Assembly (NCBI RefSeq): GCF_004010195.1
Contig: NC_057720.1
Coordinates: forward strand, 27,217,902-27,237,901
Origin: Chiloscyllium plagiosum
Taxonomy: Eukaryota
Length of the DNA: 20,000 nt
Direction of reading: 5' to 3'
Numbering within the stretch: the first letter of the stretch is position 1; every line of letters starts with the position of its first letter. The position numbers were made by a program, and so were the translations under genes. This document shows positions 8,660 through 19,429 of this stretch, one piece after another. The notes below the pieces were generated by a model. It ran no database searches. It was given only the letters and a program-made list of their open reading frames with translations, and had not been told where the DNA came from.

Positions 8660-9060
8660 CGTTTTAAGGAGCAGACCAAACTCTTTCAAGTTATATTAAG
8701 AAGATAGCCTCGACCCGAACCTTTCCTTATTTGCATTCCAGTTACAATTCAGTTGGTCAAGCTATTCGATTTTAAGCAAAACACACTTTTTTTTATACTA
8801 GAGGTAAAACACGACCAAACTAAAAAAAATAAAAGAATTGGCTTAACTGTACCTCTATCGAAATGCTTAAAATAATATATATATTAACTACTACTCATTA
8901 ACCATTCCAATATAGTATCATCCCATAGACACACCCTTGTCTAAGGCAAATTCAGTAAAATAGATTGTTTCACGGCAATTCTAGCATTAGAAGGAGAACC
9001 TCAGCTTTCAACTGTAAGAGGAATAAGAGCTTCCAATTCCAGCTTCAAGGCTCCAGCAAT
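8660..9060. mobile_element. Probable LTR-retroelement long terminal repeat fragment
   Basis: Recalled as a shark interspersed LTR-like repeat (CACACCCTTG..AAGGCAAATTCAGTAAAATAGATTG); no second copy or coding support in the window. Confidence 0.4.
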
Positions 9061-10111
9061 CATTTAAATAGAAATAATGTGCAAGGATCTGGGAAAAAAG
9101 CAAGAGTTTGGAAAGTGCAGAAAAGACCAGAAGAATTTCGTCCTAATAAATATCTAACTAGCCATTCACCACTGAAACATATCTCTGTATCAAGTTAAAA
9201 TTTCAGCACCATCTGAATTTTTTTTTAACTGAATAAACATCAGATTTTGTGTTTCAGTTGAAGTTTGCATGTGTCTACAGCTGTAGTGGATGAAGTTTTC
9301 AGTTTTTAGAGTAAAGTTTCTCCCTTGGAAAAGAACAGGAGAATGGTTATTTTATTCACTGCTTATCAGTGAAATGAAGTCAAAGTTACATTCTTAAACA
9401 TTGTATATTTTTAAGTCAGATGTTTCCTTTTTCATACTGAATTGTAAATACTGTTCCTATCCTATTTTAAGTCTTACATGTATTTGAGTAGTTAAAAATG
9501 ACTACTCATTTACTTGTTTTTTACTACCTTTTGATTTATAAAGGTAGTTGAGTACACACAATTTGTTTTTGTAATTCCATAGTTACAGGCCAGGCCAATT
9601 GATTCAATCAGCTGTTTCCCAGTTCACTAGAACTTAGCCAGATCTGGAATGTGCTCCTCTTGTCAGCCATAACTTTTTCTTCAGGTTCAGTCGTGAGGGA
9701 TCTGCATATTCCAGCCCGTGGTTACTAGCAGGTTTATTTGCTACAGGTGTTTCATCACGACTTAGTAGCTCCAACCAAGATCACTCGGCTTCCAAAGCTT
9801 ACAGCTTAATGATGAATCGAGAGCACTGACCTCCAGCACTTGAAGAGTGGTCACTGGCTGAAGAGGCCTAATGCCGAGAAGCTGTTCTGTAATGAAATGA
9901 GCATTTATCATCAGGTGAAAGATTAACATGGGCAACATGGTCATTTCAATAGATAAAACAAATGATTATAGAAGAAACCACTCTTGCAAAAATATGCTGA
10001 CTATATCCCAGGGATTCATTTTATAGCTTTGTTTTGGAATAAACAGGAAAAACAAAACCTGTTCTCATTGGTTTTTTGCCACATCACTGAGAATGTAAAA
10101 GGTTTACTTAC

Positions 10112-10182
10112 CTTGTGTTTGTTTGTTGTATATTGGAGCTGAAAATCTTGGATTGGGAATACATCTCCTGATATTGCACACA
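10112..10182 (-). other. Candidate 71-nt exon on the minus strand
   Basis: Acceptor TTTTCTTATTTCAG and donor AAG|GTAAGT are both consensus-like; all three frames are open; no recognisable peptide. Confidence 0.3.
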
Positions 10183-10339
10183 CTGAAATAAGAAAATATT
10201 TTTTGATTTTGATAATGATTTCCAGGCATGTATTTGCAACTTAAAACAGAGTATTCCCAAAGGTACAAAAGCAGGTTCTTGTATTCAATTCAAGGTTTTC
10301 TAGGTCAGTGTAATTGTATCTGTTAGGTTTGGATTTAAG

Positions 10340-10430
10340 GTAGACAAGCAGGAGGCTGGAAGAACACAGCAAGCCAGGCAGCATCAGGAAGTGGAGAAGT
10401 AAACATTTCGGGTGTAACCCTTCTTCAGGA
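10340..10430 (-). repeat. PLE pseudo-LTR fragment with hammerhead core
   Basis: Minus strand CUGAAGA-A-GGGU-UAC-ACCC-GAAA (10406-10428) followed by GATGCTGCCTGGCTTGCTGTGTTCTTCCAGC; cleavage-site region mutated. Confidence 0.75.
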
Positions 10431-10529
10431 TTTATAGCAAGTTTCCATTCCTTACTCCTTGTTTCAGTATTTTTAAGTGCTGTCCATCTGTAATGTCTTT
10501 GCATTCTTACTATGTTTCCATAAATACAT

Positions 10530-10625
10530 AAAACTTGGCTGTTTTCCTCACAGATGCTGCATGAATTGCGGACAGTTTTCAGCAGTTTTAATTTTGTTCA
10601 GAGTTTTTCAATTCTGCTTTTTTTT
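10530..10625 (+). repeat. Decayed PLE pseudo-LTR-type remnant
   Basis: TTTTCCTCACAGATGCTGCATGAATTGC...TTTTCAGCAGTTTT aligns by eye with 19201-19260. Confidence 0.5.
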
Positions 10626-10940
10626 TCTGTCTGTTAGATGAGCATGTTAAAGAAATATATATATGCATTGTGCCTATCATGACTTCTGGATGTTTTGAAG
10701 TTTTCAACTTTTGGAGAATATTTTCTTGGAAGTGCAATCATGCATTAATGTGACACTAAGATTTTGTCGCTTAGTTAAGATGTTCGGTTATGGCACTTGA
10801 TTGTGGGCTTGTCTGACGTGTAGAGATGCCAACTAGCAGCTAATTGAATATTTACAATGGCTGCATAAACTTCTTCATCTTCTTCCAGAAAGGAATATCC
10901 AAGTCTCAAATATTTTATGTAGGAGTTTTTGTAACATTAC

Positions 10941-11222
10941 AGCACGGTGGCACAGTGGTGAGCACTGCTGCCTCACAGCACCAGAGACCTGGGTTCAATT
11001 CCCGCCTCAGGTGACTGACTGTGTGGAGTTTGCACATTCTCCCCGTGTCTGTGTGGGTTTCCTCCGGGTGCTCCGGTTTCCTCCCACAGTCCAAAAATGT
11101 GCAGGTTAGGTGAATTGGCCATGCTAAATTGCCCGTAGTGAAGGGATAAATGTAGGGGAATGGGTCTGGGTGGGTTGCACTTCATTGGGCCTGTTTCCAC
11201 ACTGTAAGTAATCTAATCTAAT
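10941..11222 (+). mobile_element. Near full-length HE1/V-SINE-type tRNA-derived SINE
   Basis: Pol III A box TGGCACAGTGG (10948-10958), B box GGTTCAATTCC (10992-11002), V-domain GTGGAGTTTGCACATTCTCCCCGTGTCTGTGTGGGTTTCCTCCGGGTGCTCCGGTTTCCTCCCACAGTCCAAA, CR1-like tail and (AATCT)n end. Confidence 0.92.
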
Positions 11223-13739
11223 ATATATTTGTTTGTGACTCCAAGATTGCGAGAATCATCTTGAATCTAGACTGTATGGTTCATTGTAATTTAATGAGCT
11301 ATTTATTTATAGCATCATTGCAAAACTGCTCATCTGAGTTTTAGAGATAGTTCAATCTTTTCAAATGATCCTTAAAATTCTTAATGTTTCACAGGCTTTC
11401 ACAAACTTGGTTGAGTTATAATGGAGTCAGGATGAATATCAATTCAGTCAGCTTGTAGTTTCAGGAAACCACTTCCCTAATGTGTGTCTAAACACCAATT
11501 AGGATTTGAACATGAGTTGAATTATGCATTGTGAATTGACTTTTGTCTGCATAAATCTGATCTATATCTGAGTGTTGGGTCACAGTAGCTGGTGCTATTG
11601 TGAATCAGTGGTACTTTAAGTTTGTGATGAACGTCTGAATTTCACTACGTTATGGATGCTCTGGACATATTGAGCGAGAATTTGATGTAGCTGGGCAGTG
11701 TATTAGATTTGTATACCTGTTTAATTTCCAGAGACTTACACTACAAGTTGCCATAAATGAGAGATCAAACAACACAGTGCCTTTTACAGAGCTTGTGGTA
11801 CATAAGAACAGACTTCTGTATGTGGTCAACTAAGCCAACTGAACGATTGACAATCAAAGAAACGCGGTCTTATCCAACAAATACAATCTTAATTTTGAAT
11901 GCAATGTTAAATTAGCTACAGAAAGAAAAAATAAAGAGAGGGAAAGAAATACTGAATTGAGAGTGGAAATACTTGCCTAAATATACATTTGTTTTTATAA
12001 TCTCCAGCAGTAATTAAAATATGAAGGAATGAGACATTATGGTTGTAATAGTTAGTTATCAGTGCAAGACAGATTGTTTGTTTGAAAATGATTATGATTT
12101 ATCATGCTGTAAAGACTAATGCATAGTGACCTGGTCAAGCCCTAACATTCTAGGGCATGTTTAGATTATATTTATTGTGCAGCTTTGGGAACATCACTCA
12201 GTGCTGAACAGTGAATCAGGCAGTGAGATGCCTTTTGCAGGAAGGAATCCACCACAGACAACAAATTTCAGGTTTTTGAATTTAACCTGCCTTCCCCTCA
12301 TTGCTGTGAAATTTGTACATAAATAATGTAGAACTCCATTATCGTCTGTTATTTTTAAGCATATTAAGTATACATTCACAAGGGTGTAGTTCACTATTAT
12401 CTTCGGTTATCGCATTTTTTAAAGTAAAAGTAATATTACTTGTTTCTTAAAAAAAGTCATTTTTTAAATACATCAATTATGGAACTATTTGGAGTGTTTC
12501 TCCTGAATTTTTAGTTGGGAATTCTAATCAATTATAGGGGCTTGTTCCAGCTCCCAATCCTTCACAGTGTGCTTTCGACCTAGTCATCATGACTTTAAAA
12601 GCATCAGCCAATCAAGGATGAGAGATCTGTCTCAGTTCCCGATCAGGAATGACAGTGGACTACCAATGAGGGAGGTCAGTGGAAGATGCTCCAGCTTAAG
12701 TGACCAGCAGCAATACAGCTGATAGCTGTCACTTTGAGAATGTAGTCTGTGAAGCACCAGAGCAGATAAGTTTAAAAAATGTTGTAAAATTGCCTTGGCT
12801 GCCTGGCCGTGAAACTGGAGGACTAACCCCTACCAGAGATGGCCAGTGGTCACAACTGTGGACCAGCTCCCAATATGTCTCTGGGGTAGATCCAATGCCA
12901 GCTCCAGGCTAATGTGTGGGGCTTGCGGTGTTGACTGGAAATCCCAGTTAATGTGTGAATGGCGCCTTAATAGATTCCTGATTACATTTAAACAATGGAA
13001 ATTAGTTACTGCTCTTTCTGGAAATGTCTTTGGGTTAAGACCATAGGGGAGAATTGGCACAGAGGTAGATGTTTTCAGAAAGCTCACCAAATGTGGGAGG
13101 ATGGCTTGGTGTATTGGCCAGAATGGGGAGAATCTTGAAATCCAAATTTTTTCTCCTGCAATAATTTCTAAAAACATCCTCAAAAACATCAACAATATGG
13201 TCAGAAAAAATTTGTCCCATTACCCAATCTCTTTTGCTTGACCTTAAGTCCACCGAGAGTAAACTTAGTGCACTGTGACACCTCGTGCCAGGGGTGGAAT
13301 CATGTAATAGCCAAGTGGAGTTCACATTTTATTAAAAAGCATTCTCCAATTTTCACCAACATTACAGCCAAATCAAGTTGACAAAACGCACGTTATAGGA
13401 GAACAACTTGCACAGGCTCTGTGACGAAACAAATTGGGATTATGTAGCACAACTAAATCCAATTTGTCTCATTTTATATTTCCAAAGGAATATCAAGCAA
13501 ACATCAATATTGAGAAGCTCGCCTAACATTTTCTTATCTCTAGCTCAGGGAGATTGACATTAACTTTTGACGCAACAGAGGGGAACTACAGAGATCAGCT
13601 AATTCAGATTAGGGCTGTATGTTCCAGCAGCTCAGAATAATATGTACTACAATTGCCTACTGATTCATTAAAGAACTTCCTTCATGACTCAGTTCATTCT
13701 GTTAGAAGGATACTAAATAACTGGTCTCCAATCCTGATA

Positions 13740-14746
13740 ATGCAGAAGAAGTCAACGTACAAGATGCCAGATACACTCTGTAAGTTGTCAGCCCAGATTG
13801 ATAATGCTATTTATATCATTGTGGAGGCCTGGGGCGATGTCAGTAGGGATTACATGCATGCAGTTTGGCGGAAGCTTCTCCAGATTTTCTTGATGATTTC
13901 AAGAGCATTGTCTGAAGATCCTCTGATGGTTCAATCACAGAATGTTGTGTGGCTCGTGTAAATTGGAAATGAAGAAGTGGGGGCTGAGGATGTTGAGAAG
14001 CTGTTTGAGTCCCATTATGAAGACTTCTTCACAGCTGATCTACAGCAACTTGTTGCTGCGGAGGAAATTGAAGCTGGAGATGAAGATGATGAAATCCATA
14101 ATGCAGCACCATAAGACCTTTTCACTACTGTTTTGTTTTCTATCCCAAGGGAAGTTGAGAAGCAGTTCCAGCTCTTAGAAGACAATGACTACTTTGCAGA
14201 AAACAGCAGGATAGCAATTTTTCACACAAAGTCTTATCAGGCACCCTATGAACAGCTTCTTCATGAAAAAAGAAAGATGGCTTTTTAAATCCAACCACAG
14301 ACTACTTGTTTGTGCAAGAAACAGTGTGAGGACAATAAACCACAGCTACCCACTTCTGAACCAAATGCTTACTTTTGTCATAACCCTGTATCCAGAACTG
14401 CACCTAAAAGTGGTGATGATGCTGACCTGCAGCCTCTGTCTTAATACGGTACTGTAACTTAGCAAACTCAGAAACCCTCTCAAGTTACCTTTCAGTTTTT
14501 CAGGGTAAAGTGTTATATTTAATGAAATTGTACAATAAATGTGTGATTTTAACATTTATTTAGACAGTGCTATTGTTTGTTAGGCTAACTACTATTTTTC
14601 TGTTGATATTTACTGAAATTTTTGGTGGTCCGCTCCTAGCCCTGTTTTTTTTCCCATTGGCCCCATTATTTCTGTTGCATGATTTTCTATAACGCGAGGT
14701 CATGCGAGAACACAACTATTGCATTACAAAAGAACAGACTACTTGT
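13740..14746 (+). mobile_element. Decayed Tigger/pogo-like DNA transposon (transposase C-terminus and right end)
   Basis: Across frames: IDNAIYIIVEAWGDVSRDYMHAVWRKLL / EEVGAEDVEKLFESHYEDFFTADLQQL...EAGDEDDE / YQAPYEQLLHEKRK, matching pogo/TIGD 'I.DAI..I..AW..V....L...WRKL' and 'E.V...DV.ELL.SH'. TIR-like end near 14690-14746; left end not resolved. Confidence 0.8.
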
Positions 14747-15443
14747 TTGTGCAGATAGCATGGAGTCTCCTATGCAATGTAACCATCCTGCAGCATTCGT
14801 CAGCCTGTGGGTAGGGAGTTAATGGTGAATCCTAATGAAACATTCCCTCCTAAATGGTAAATAGAACCAAATAGTAAATAGAACCTGCACCCCCAACCAC
14901 CCACTCATCACCATCACAGCCGCTCCACATTCTAGCCACATTTCCATCACAATCCCAACAATATTTTTATTTAGCATGATATTCCAGCCTGTTGTGTTGA
15001 ATGAGAGGGGTTATGGATCATAATGGCAAGACAAATGCCTAACTGGTAAATGCAATATCAATTTTTTTTTCTGTATTTCACCCCCACCCCACACTCCTCA
15101 CAACCATTTTTACGACAATCCCAATATTTAAATTTAATTATAGTAGTTCTACATATTTAGGTTTAACAAATTAAAAGCTGATTTTTGAGCATCTGTAAAT
15201 GTGGTGATAATGCTAATACAGCTCTAATGTCATATTGTGCTGTGTTATTATTTACTTATCACATGTAATTATCTTAACTCTTTGCTTATCTCCTTCCCCC
15301 ATTGATATTACATTGCAAACCAGTTGCAGTTTTGCTGTAAGCTCTATAGCCAGACTTTCAGGTACAAAAACAATGCAGTATTCATAGGGATCTTTATAAT
15401 ATTTATTATTCATTTTGCAACATTTACTTGTACCTGTACCTTT

Positions 15444-15592
15444 GCAAATTGCCCCATTGGGACATACAGCATAGGTGGATTAGCTATGGTAAATGCAGGG
15501 GAGGTGATGGGTCTGTGTGGAATGCTCTTCAGAGGGTTGATGCTGACTCAATGGGCCAAATTGCCTCTTATCTACGGTGTAGGGATTCTGTA
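15444..15592 (+). mobile_element. 3' half of an HE1-type SINE
   Basis: AAATTGCCCC...TAGGTGGATTAGCTATGGTAAATGCAGGGG...ATGGGTCTG...ATGGGCCAAATTGCCT...TGTAGGGATTCT parallels 11125-11210. Confidence 0.75.
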
Positions 15593-16439
15593 ATACATTC
15601 TATAATACATTATCCCTGGCTCTGATGTTAGGACTTTGGTTTGTTAGTATCAAGAGTCTTAACATACAGCTACCAGCAAAGGCTGTACATGGGAGTTTTC
15701 GAGAGGTTCTTTTGTAATAGTATTAGACAAGATGACTACCTCAGAAAGTTCTGAATAAAAGAGACCATTAAAACTCATTTTTGCTTGTCTTGTTTCTGCT
15801 GAGGGAACATCAAGCAATCTGTTGGCTTAGTGTCTTAACTCAAAGCCCTAGCAACATGACTGGAACGGCTAGTTTGTTTGAATCACCTTTAACTATACAG
15901 CTTTGATATTTGTTTGCTTGTTGCAGGAAAAGGGGGGTAAGCAGCTCTGGGCTCACCTAAAAGCTTACCTCTGATCTCCGTATCTCTGAAAAGTTTGATT
16001 CTGCAAAGAAATAAGTGTTTCACCTGTGAAGTACACTACCTCTAGCTTCAAACTGCTGCACCTTCACAAACAATCTGACCATATTTGAGTTGTTATGAAA
16101 GAGATTTCTGTGCACAACTGAATGAAGAAACGTCATTTGGACATTGACTACTGGACTGTCTAATTCACAATAACTAACTCTGACTTTTTAAATCATTTTA
16201 TAATTTGTGACTTTTTTTCTTACCTTTTTTCTCTCTTAGATGCAATATTGTGTGAATGTATCACAAACCATTTGTTTTGATTTGCAGTACTAAACCAAAT
16301 TTTGTTTAAATCCTGAAGAATTTGCGGCAGATCATGTTAAATTGAACTTCACAAACAGGGTTTAGGGAAACACTCCATCCCTGATTTTTAAAAGTAAAAG
16401 AGAATGAGAACAGATCTTAAAAACCATTCAGGACAGACA

Positions 16440-16614
16440 ATCAATTCTTCAATGTATAATTTCAGTTACATCACACTGCAAATTTTTGCTATAAATTCTG
16501 TGTTACGATCGAGCCCTCCACAATCACCTGATGAAGGAGCATCGCTCCGAAAGCTAGTGTGCTTCCAATTAAACCTGTTGGACTATAACCTGGTGTTGTG
16601 TGATTTTTAACTTT
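16440..16614 (+). mobile_element. 3'-end fragment of a PLE closely related to the palindrome arms
   Basis: TTCAATGTATAATTTCAGTTACATCACAC...AAACCTGTTGGACTATAACCTGGTGTTGTGTGATTTTTAACTTT aligns with 5744-5911; CpGs retained. Confidence 0.9.
16525..16559 (+). ncRNA. Minimal type I hammerhead ribozyme motif, apparently intact
   Basis: CAC-CUGAUGA-A-GGAGC-AUC-GCUCC-GAAA-GC-UA-GUG; differs from 5463-5497 only in the stem II loop. Confidence 0.75.
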
Positions 16615-17043
16615 AAAAGCCAATGACTGTGACAGGTAGGAGGACACTACAAATAATTAATTTCACCTCTCCCTCCTGCCTGTGCTCATGGGTACAGCAT
16701 TAATTTTAGCTGCAATGCTGTCTGTAATTGATTTGCTTGGAAATACATCTTCCAGAATCCTCCATGAAAATCACAAAATATCTTTAGAATGAAACTCTGT
16801 AGGTGACTTGAGGAAAGGTGTGGAAAGGTGTGATCTTTGGAAGGATGGGGTTAGAGTGGCCTAAAGGCTCCAGAATCTGAACTGCTGTTTCCATTGTTAA
16901 ACTTATTTTTATTTGAAGTACTATCATCTTAAGTGTGTGGAAACAGGTCTTTAAATTTTAAGACTTAACTAGCTTTAGATAAGCTTTGAATTTCTTATAG
17001 TTGTTCAGAATCAAGACATCTTTTTGGAAAGTTTATGGTCAAA

Positions 17044-17572
17044 CTGCAGGGAGTAACTCATCTCCTGACTCCCTAGAGCCTGTCCATCATCTACAGTGCA
17101 GAAGTTAGGATTGTGATGGAATACTACCGACTTGGATGAGTGCAACTCCAACAACACTAAAGAAAGTTCATGCCATTCAGGACAAAGCAGCCCACATGAT
17201 TGGTGCCACATCTACAAACATTAATTCTTTCCATCACTGATGTACAGTAGCAGCACTGTTTACTATCTACAAGGTGTACTGCAGAAACTCACCAAAGTTC
17301 CTCAGACAGCACCTTTCAAACCCATGGCCACTTGCATCTAGAAGGACAAGGGCAGCAGATACATGGGAAACACCACCATCTCCAAGTACAGCTCTCACCA
17401 TCTTGACTTGAAAATATATCACCGTTTCTTCAATGTCACTGTCTATATACAGCATGTGGACTGCGGCGGTTCAAGATGGCAACTCACCACTGCCTTCTCA
17501 AGAGCATCTGGAGATGAGCAATAAATACTGACCCAGCCAGTAACTCCCACATTCCATGAGTGAGTTTAAAAA
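17044..17572 (+). mobile_element. LINE 3' fragment (CR1/L2-group ORF2 C-terminus and tail)
   Basis: LQGVTHLLTP*SLSIIYSAEVRIVMEY / WMSATPTTLKKVHAIQDKAAHMIG...INSFHH*CTVAALFTIYK matches non-LTR ORF2 'LYKAQVR..MEY...W.......L.KLD.IQ.KA.RLI'; tail ends CCCACATTCCATGAGTGAGTTTAAAAA. Confidence 0.85.
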
Positions 17573-18119
17573 GAGTGTTTTTAGGACAGAAGTGGGGAGA
17601 CAGGAGAATTTAAATTAGAGCAGGATGAAAACTTGCCCAGAGATTTGAAGCTGGATTTTTAGGTTCTAATTTCAAAGCTGTATGAAACAAATGATGCCTT
17701 GAAGTTTCCCAACCAAGAATAACTGGTTGTTACATTGTTGGCTGGGCGGGCAAATAGCCCTTCTTTTTGTGTAGGAAGCTAACTCTGGATGACTTTTAAT
17801 ACTCAATTTTGTTTTAAATATTGAAGAATGATTGATTGGAAAAGCATCTCTGGAGTATTGACCATTAGCCAGCACAGCTAGATATGTGAAGAAAGTTGAG
17901 AACTGTATTTGCCATGCTTCCTAATTCCAGACCAATATAGTGTGGTTAGCGAGAAGTGCTAGTAAAATATTAATACTATGGAAGCATTCACAGATTGGTG
18001 ATAGTGTTTTCAATGAGCAATGAGCTTTGGGGAATGCTGCATTAGGAACAAGCTAATGACATGAATAGCTTGTTCTGATCTTTTGAAGCTATAGTGTCCA
18101 TATTAATATTAATGTCAGC

Positions 18120-18410
18120 TTTGTACTGTAGTCGTAACATAGCCGAACCAGTAAAGCCAGAGGCTTGGATTAATAAAGCAGAAAGTACAAATTCAAATCC
18201 AATCATAACAGTTTTGAAGTTGAATTTAGGTAATTAAATAAATTTGGAACTAAAATCTTCTATCAATAATGGTCCATGCAATTAATGGATTGTCATGAAA
18301 ATGTTTAGTTATCCTTTGGGGAAGAACATTTCTCATCGATATCCTGTTTATGGTCTACATATCATTCTAGACCCACTCAACTCTCTTCAGTAATGATTTA
18401 GTGAGTCATT
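18120..18410 (+). mobile_element. Very decayed + strand copy of the SINE-type sequence at 146-462
   Basis: B-box-like AATTCAAATCC (18190-18200), TCCTTTGGGGAAG and GGTCTACATATCATTCTAGACCCA are colinear with the reverse complement of 180-420. Confidence 0.55.
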
Positions 18411-18577
18411 TGATAGGAAGTTAAACTTATAAAAAGAAAAAAGATCAGATGGGCTTCTTAGTGTCAGATTTGGATGCAGCAAGGGCATCTGCATGCCATC
18501 TTTGCAATCATCTCCATCACTAATTTGGAAAGCATTTCACAGCTATACATAATCACAATTCTAGAATCATATTCAAA

Positions 18578-18695
18578 AACATAAGAAATGGGAACAGGAG
18601 TAAACCATGTGGCCTCTCAAGCCTGCTCCACTATTCTGTATGATCATGGCTGATCTTCTACTTGGTACCTCTTTTCCCACCTGTTCCCCACATCC
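18578..18695 (-). mobile_element. CR1 LINE 3' UTR fragment
   Basis: Reverse complement reads GATCAGCCATGATCATACAGAATAGTGGAGCAGGCTTGAGAGGCCACATGGTTTACTCCTGTTCCCATTTCTTATGTT, a typical CR1 3' end. Confidence 0.8.
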
Positions 18696-19194
18696 ATTCT
18701 CTGAGTGATATTTTGGAACTCTCACTGAACTTTTCATTTTAAAAAATTATTTTTATCAATTTTGATTTGAAGCTGTGAGCTGAGAGCTGAATATGACCTT
18801 TGGACTGTGAGTCCCACCTTGTGATAGTTTAAAAAAAGGGAGCAAACAGACTGATAGTTGCTGATGAGGCCAGATCTGAAAGTCAATTGTTGATTCTTGT
18901 TAAATGTGCTATATAGACACTTGACTGCAGAGATGCTAAATGCTCAAACAGATGAAAGATTTTGGGTGTTAACCAGAACTTGGTGGGGAGATGGTCAGTT
19001 TGGCAAGGAGAGACCAGAGTTTGAACTGGTTTTTGGATTGTGTTTAGGTCAGAAGGATTGTGGCTGTAGTGCCTATAGGATGGAGGTTTGATTGCTCCCT
19101 TGTTGTCAAATCATCATCAACGTATTGATTGTTCAGAGAACAGAATCTCAGTAATAAGAATTAAATGAATATTCCTTGGAGATGACTGGAAGCT

Positions 19195-19296
19195 ATCTGA
19201 TTTCTCTCCACAGATCCTGCCAGATTTGCTGCAATTTTCGAGCAATTCTGATTTTGTTTCTGATTTACAGCATCCACAGTTCTTTCGGTTTTTATA
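19195..19296 (+). repeat. PLE pseudo-LTR-type remnant
   Basis: TTTCTCTCCACAGATCCTGCCAGATTTGCTG...GATTTACAGCATCCACAGTTCTTTCGGTTTTTAT, the same layout as 5973-6028. Confidence 0.6.
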
Positions 19297-19429
19297 TAAG
19301 GTATAATCCCATATGCCAGTGCTGTTAAAGACTGCTCAGGTGAATGGGCCAGTTAGAACTCCGTTATCAATTCCTTTGTTTATCTAAGTGAAGAAATTTC
19401 TCCACACATCAGTCCTAACCTTATTCATA

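Noticed and set aside
9809..9861. C/D box snoRNA (ATGATGA ... CTGA)
   Set aside because: Only about 53 nt, no terminal stem and no evident rRNA antisense element.
10941..11010. tRNA gene
   Set aside because: The A and B boxes belong to the SINE head and continue into the V-domain.
10973..11200. 75-aa minus-strand ORF
   Set aside because: Antisense translation of the SINE.
12500..13420. Possible decayed non-autonomous DNA elements, a small hairpin at 12931-12951 and a TIR-like motif at 13388-13412
   Set aside because: Boundaries and matching inverted ends could not be established by eye.
14858..15137. Short tandem GTAAATAGAACC duplication and degenerate C/A-rich duplication (about 14888-14973 vs 15079-15137)
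   Set aside because: Low complexity and consistent with ordinary slippage or local duplication.
15927..15936. 10-nt microexon (TTGCAG|GAAAAGGGGG|GTAAGC)
   Set aside because: Frame-shifting length, inside a probable repeat, no further support.
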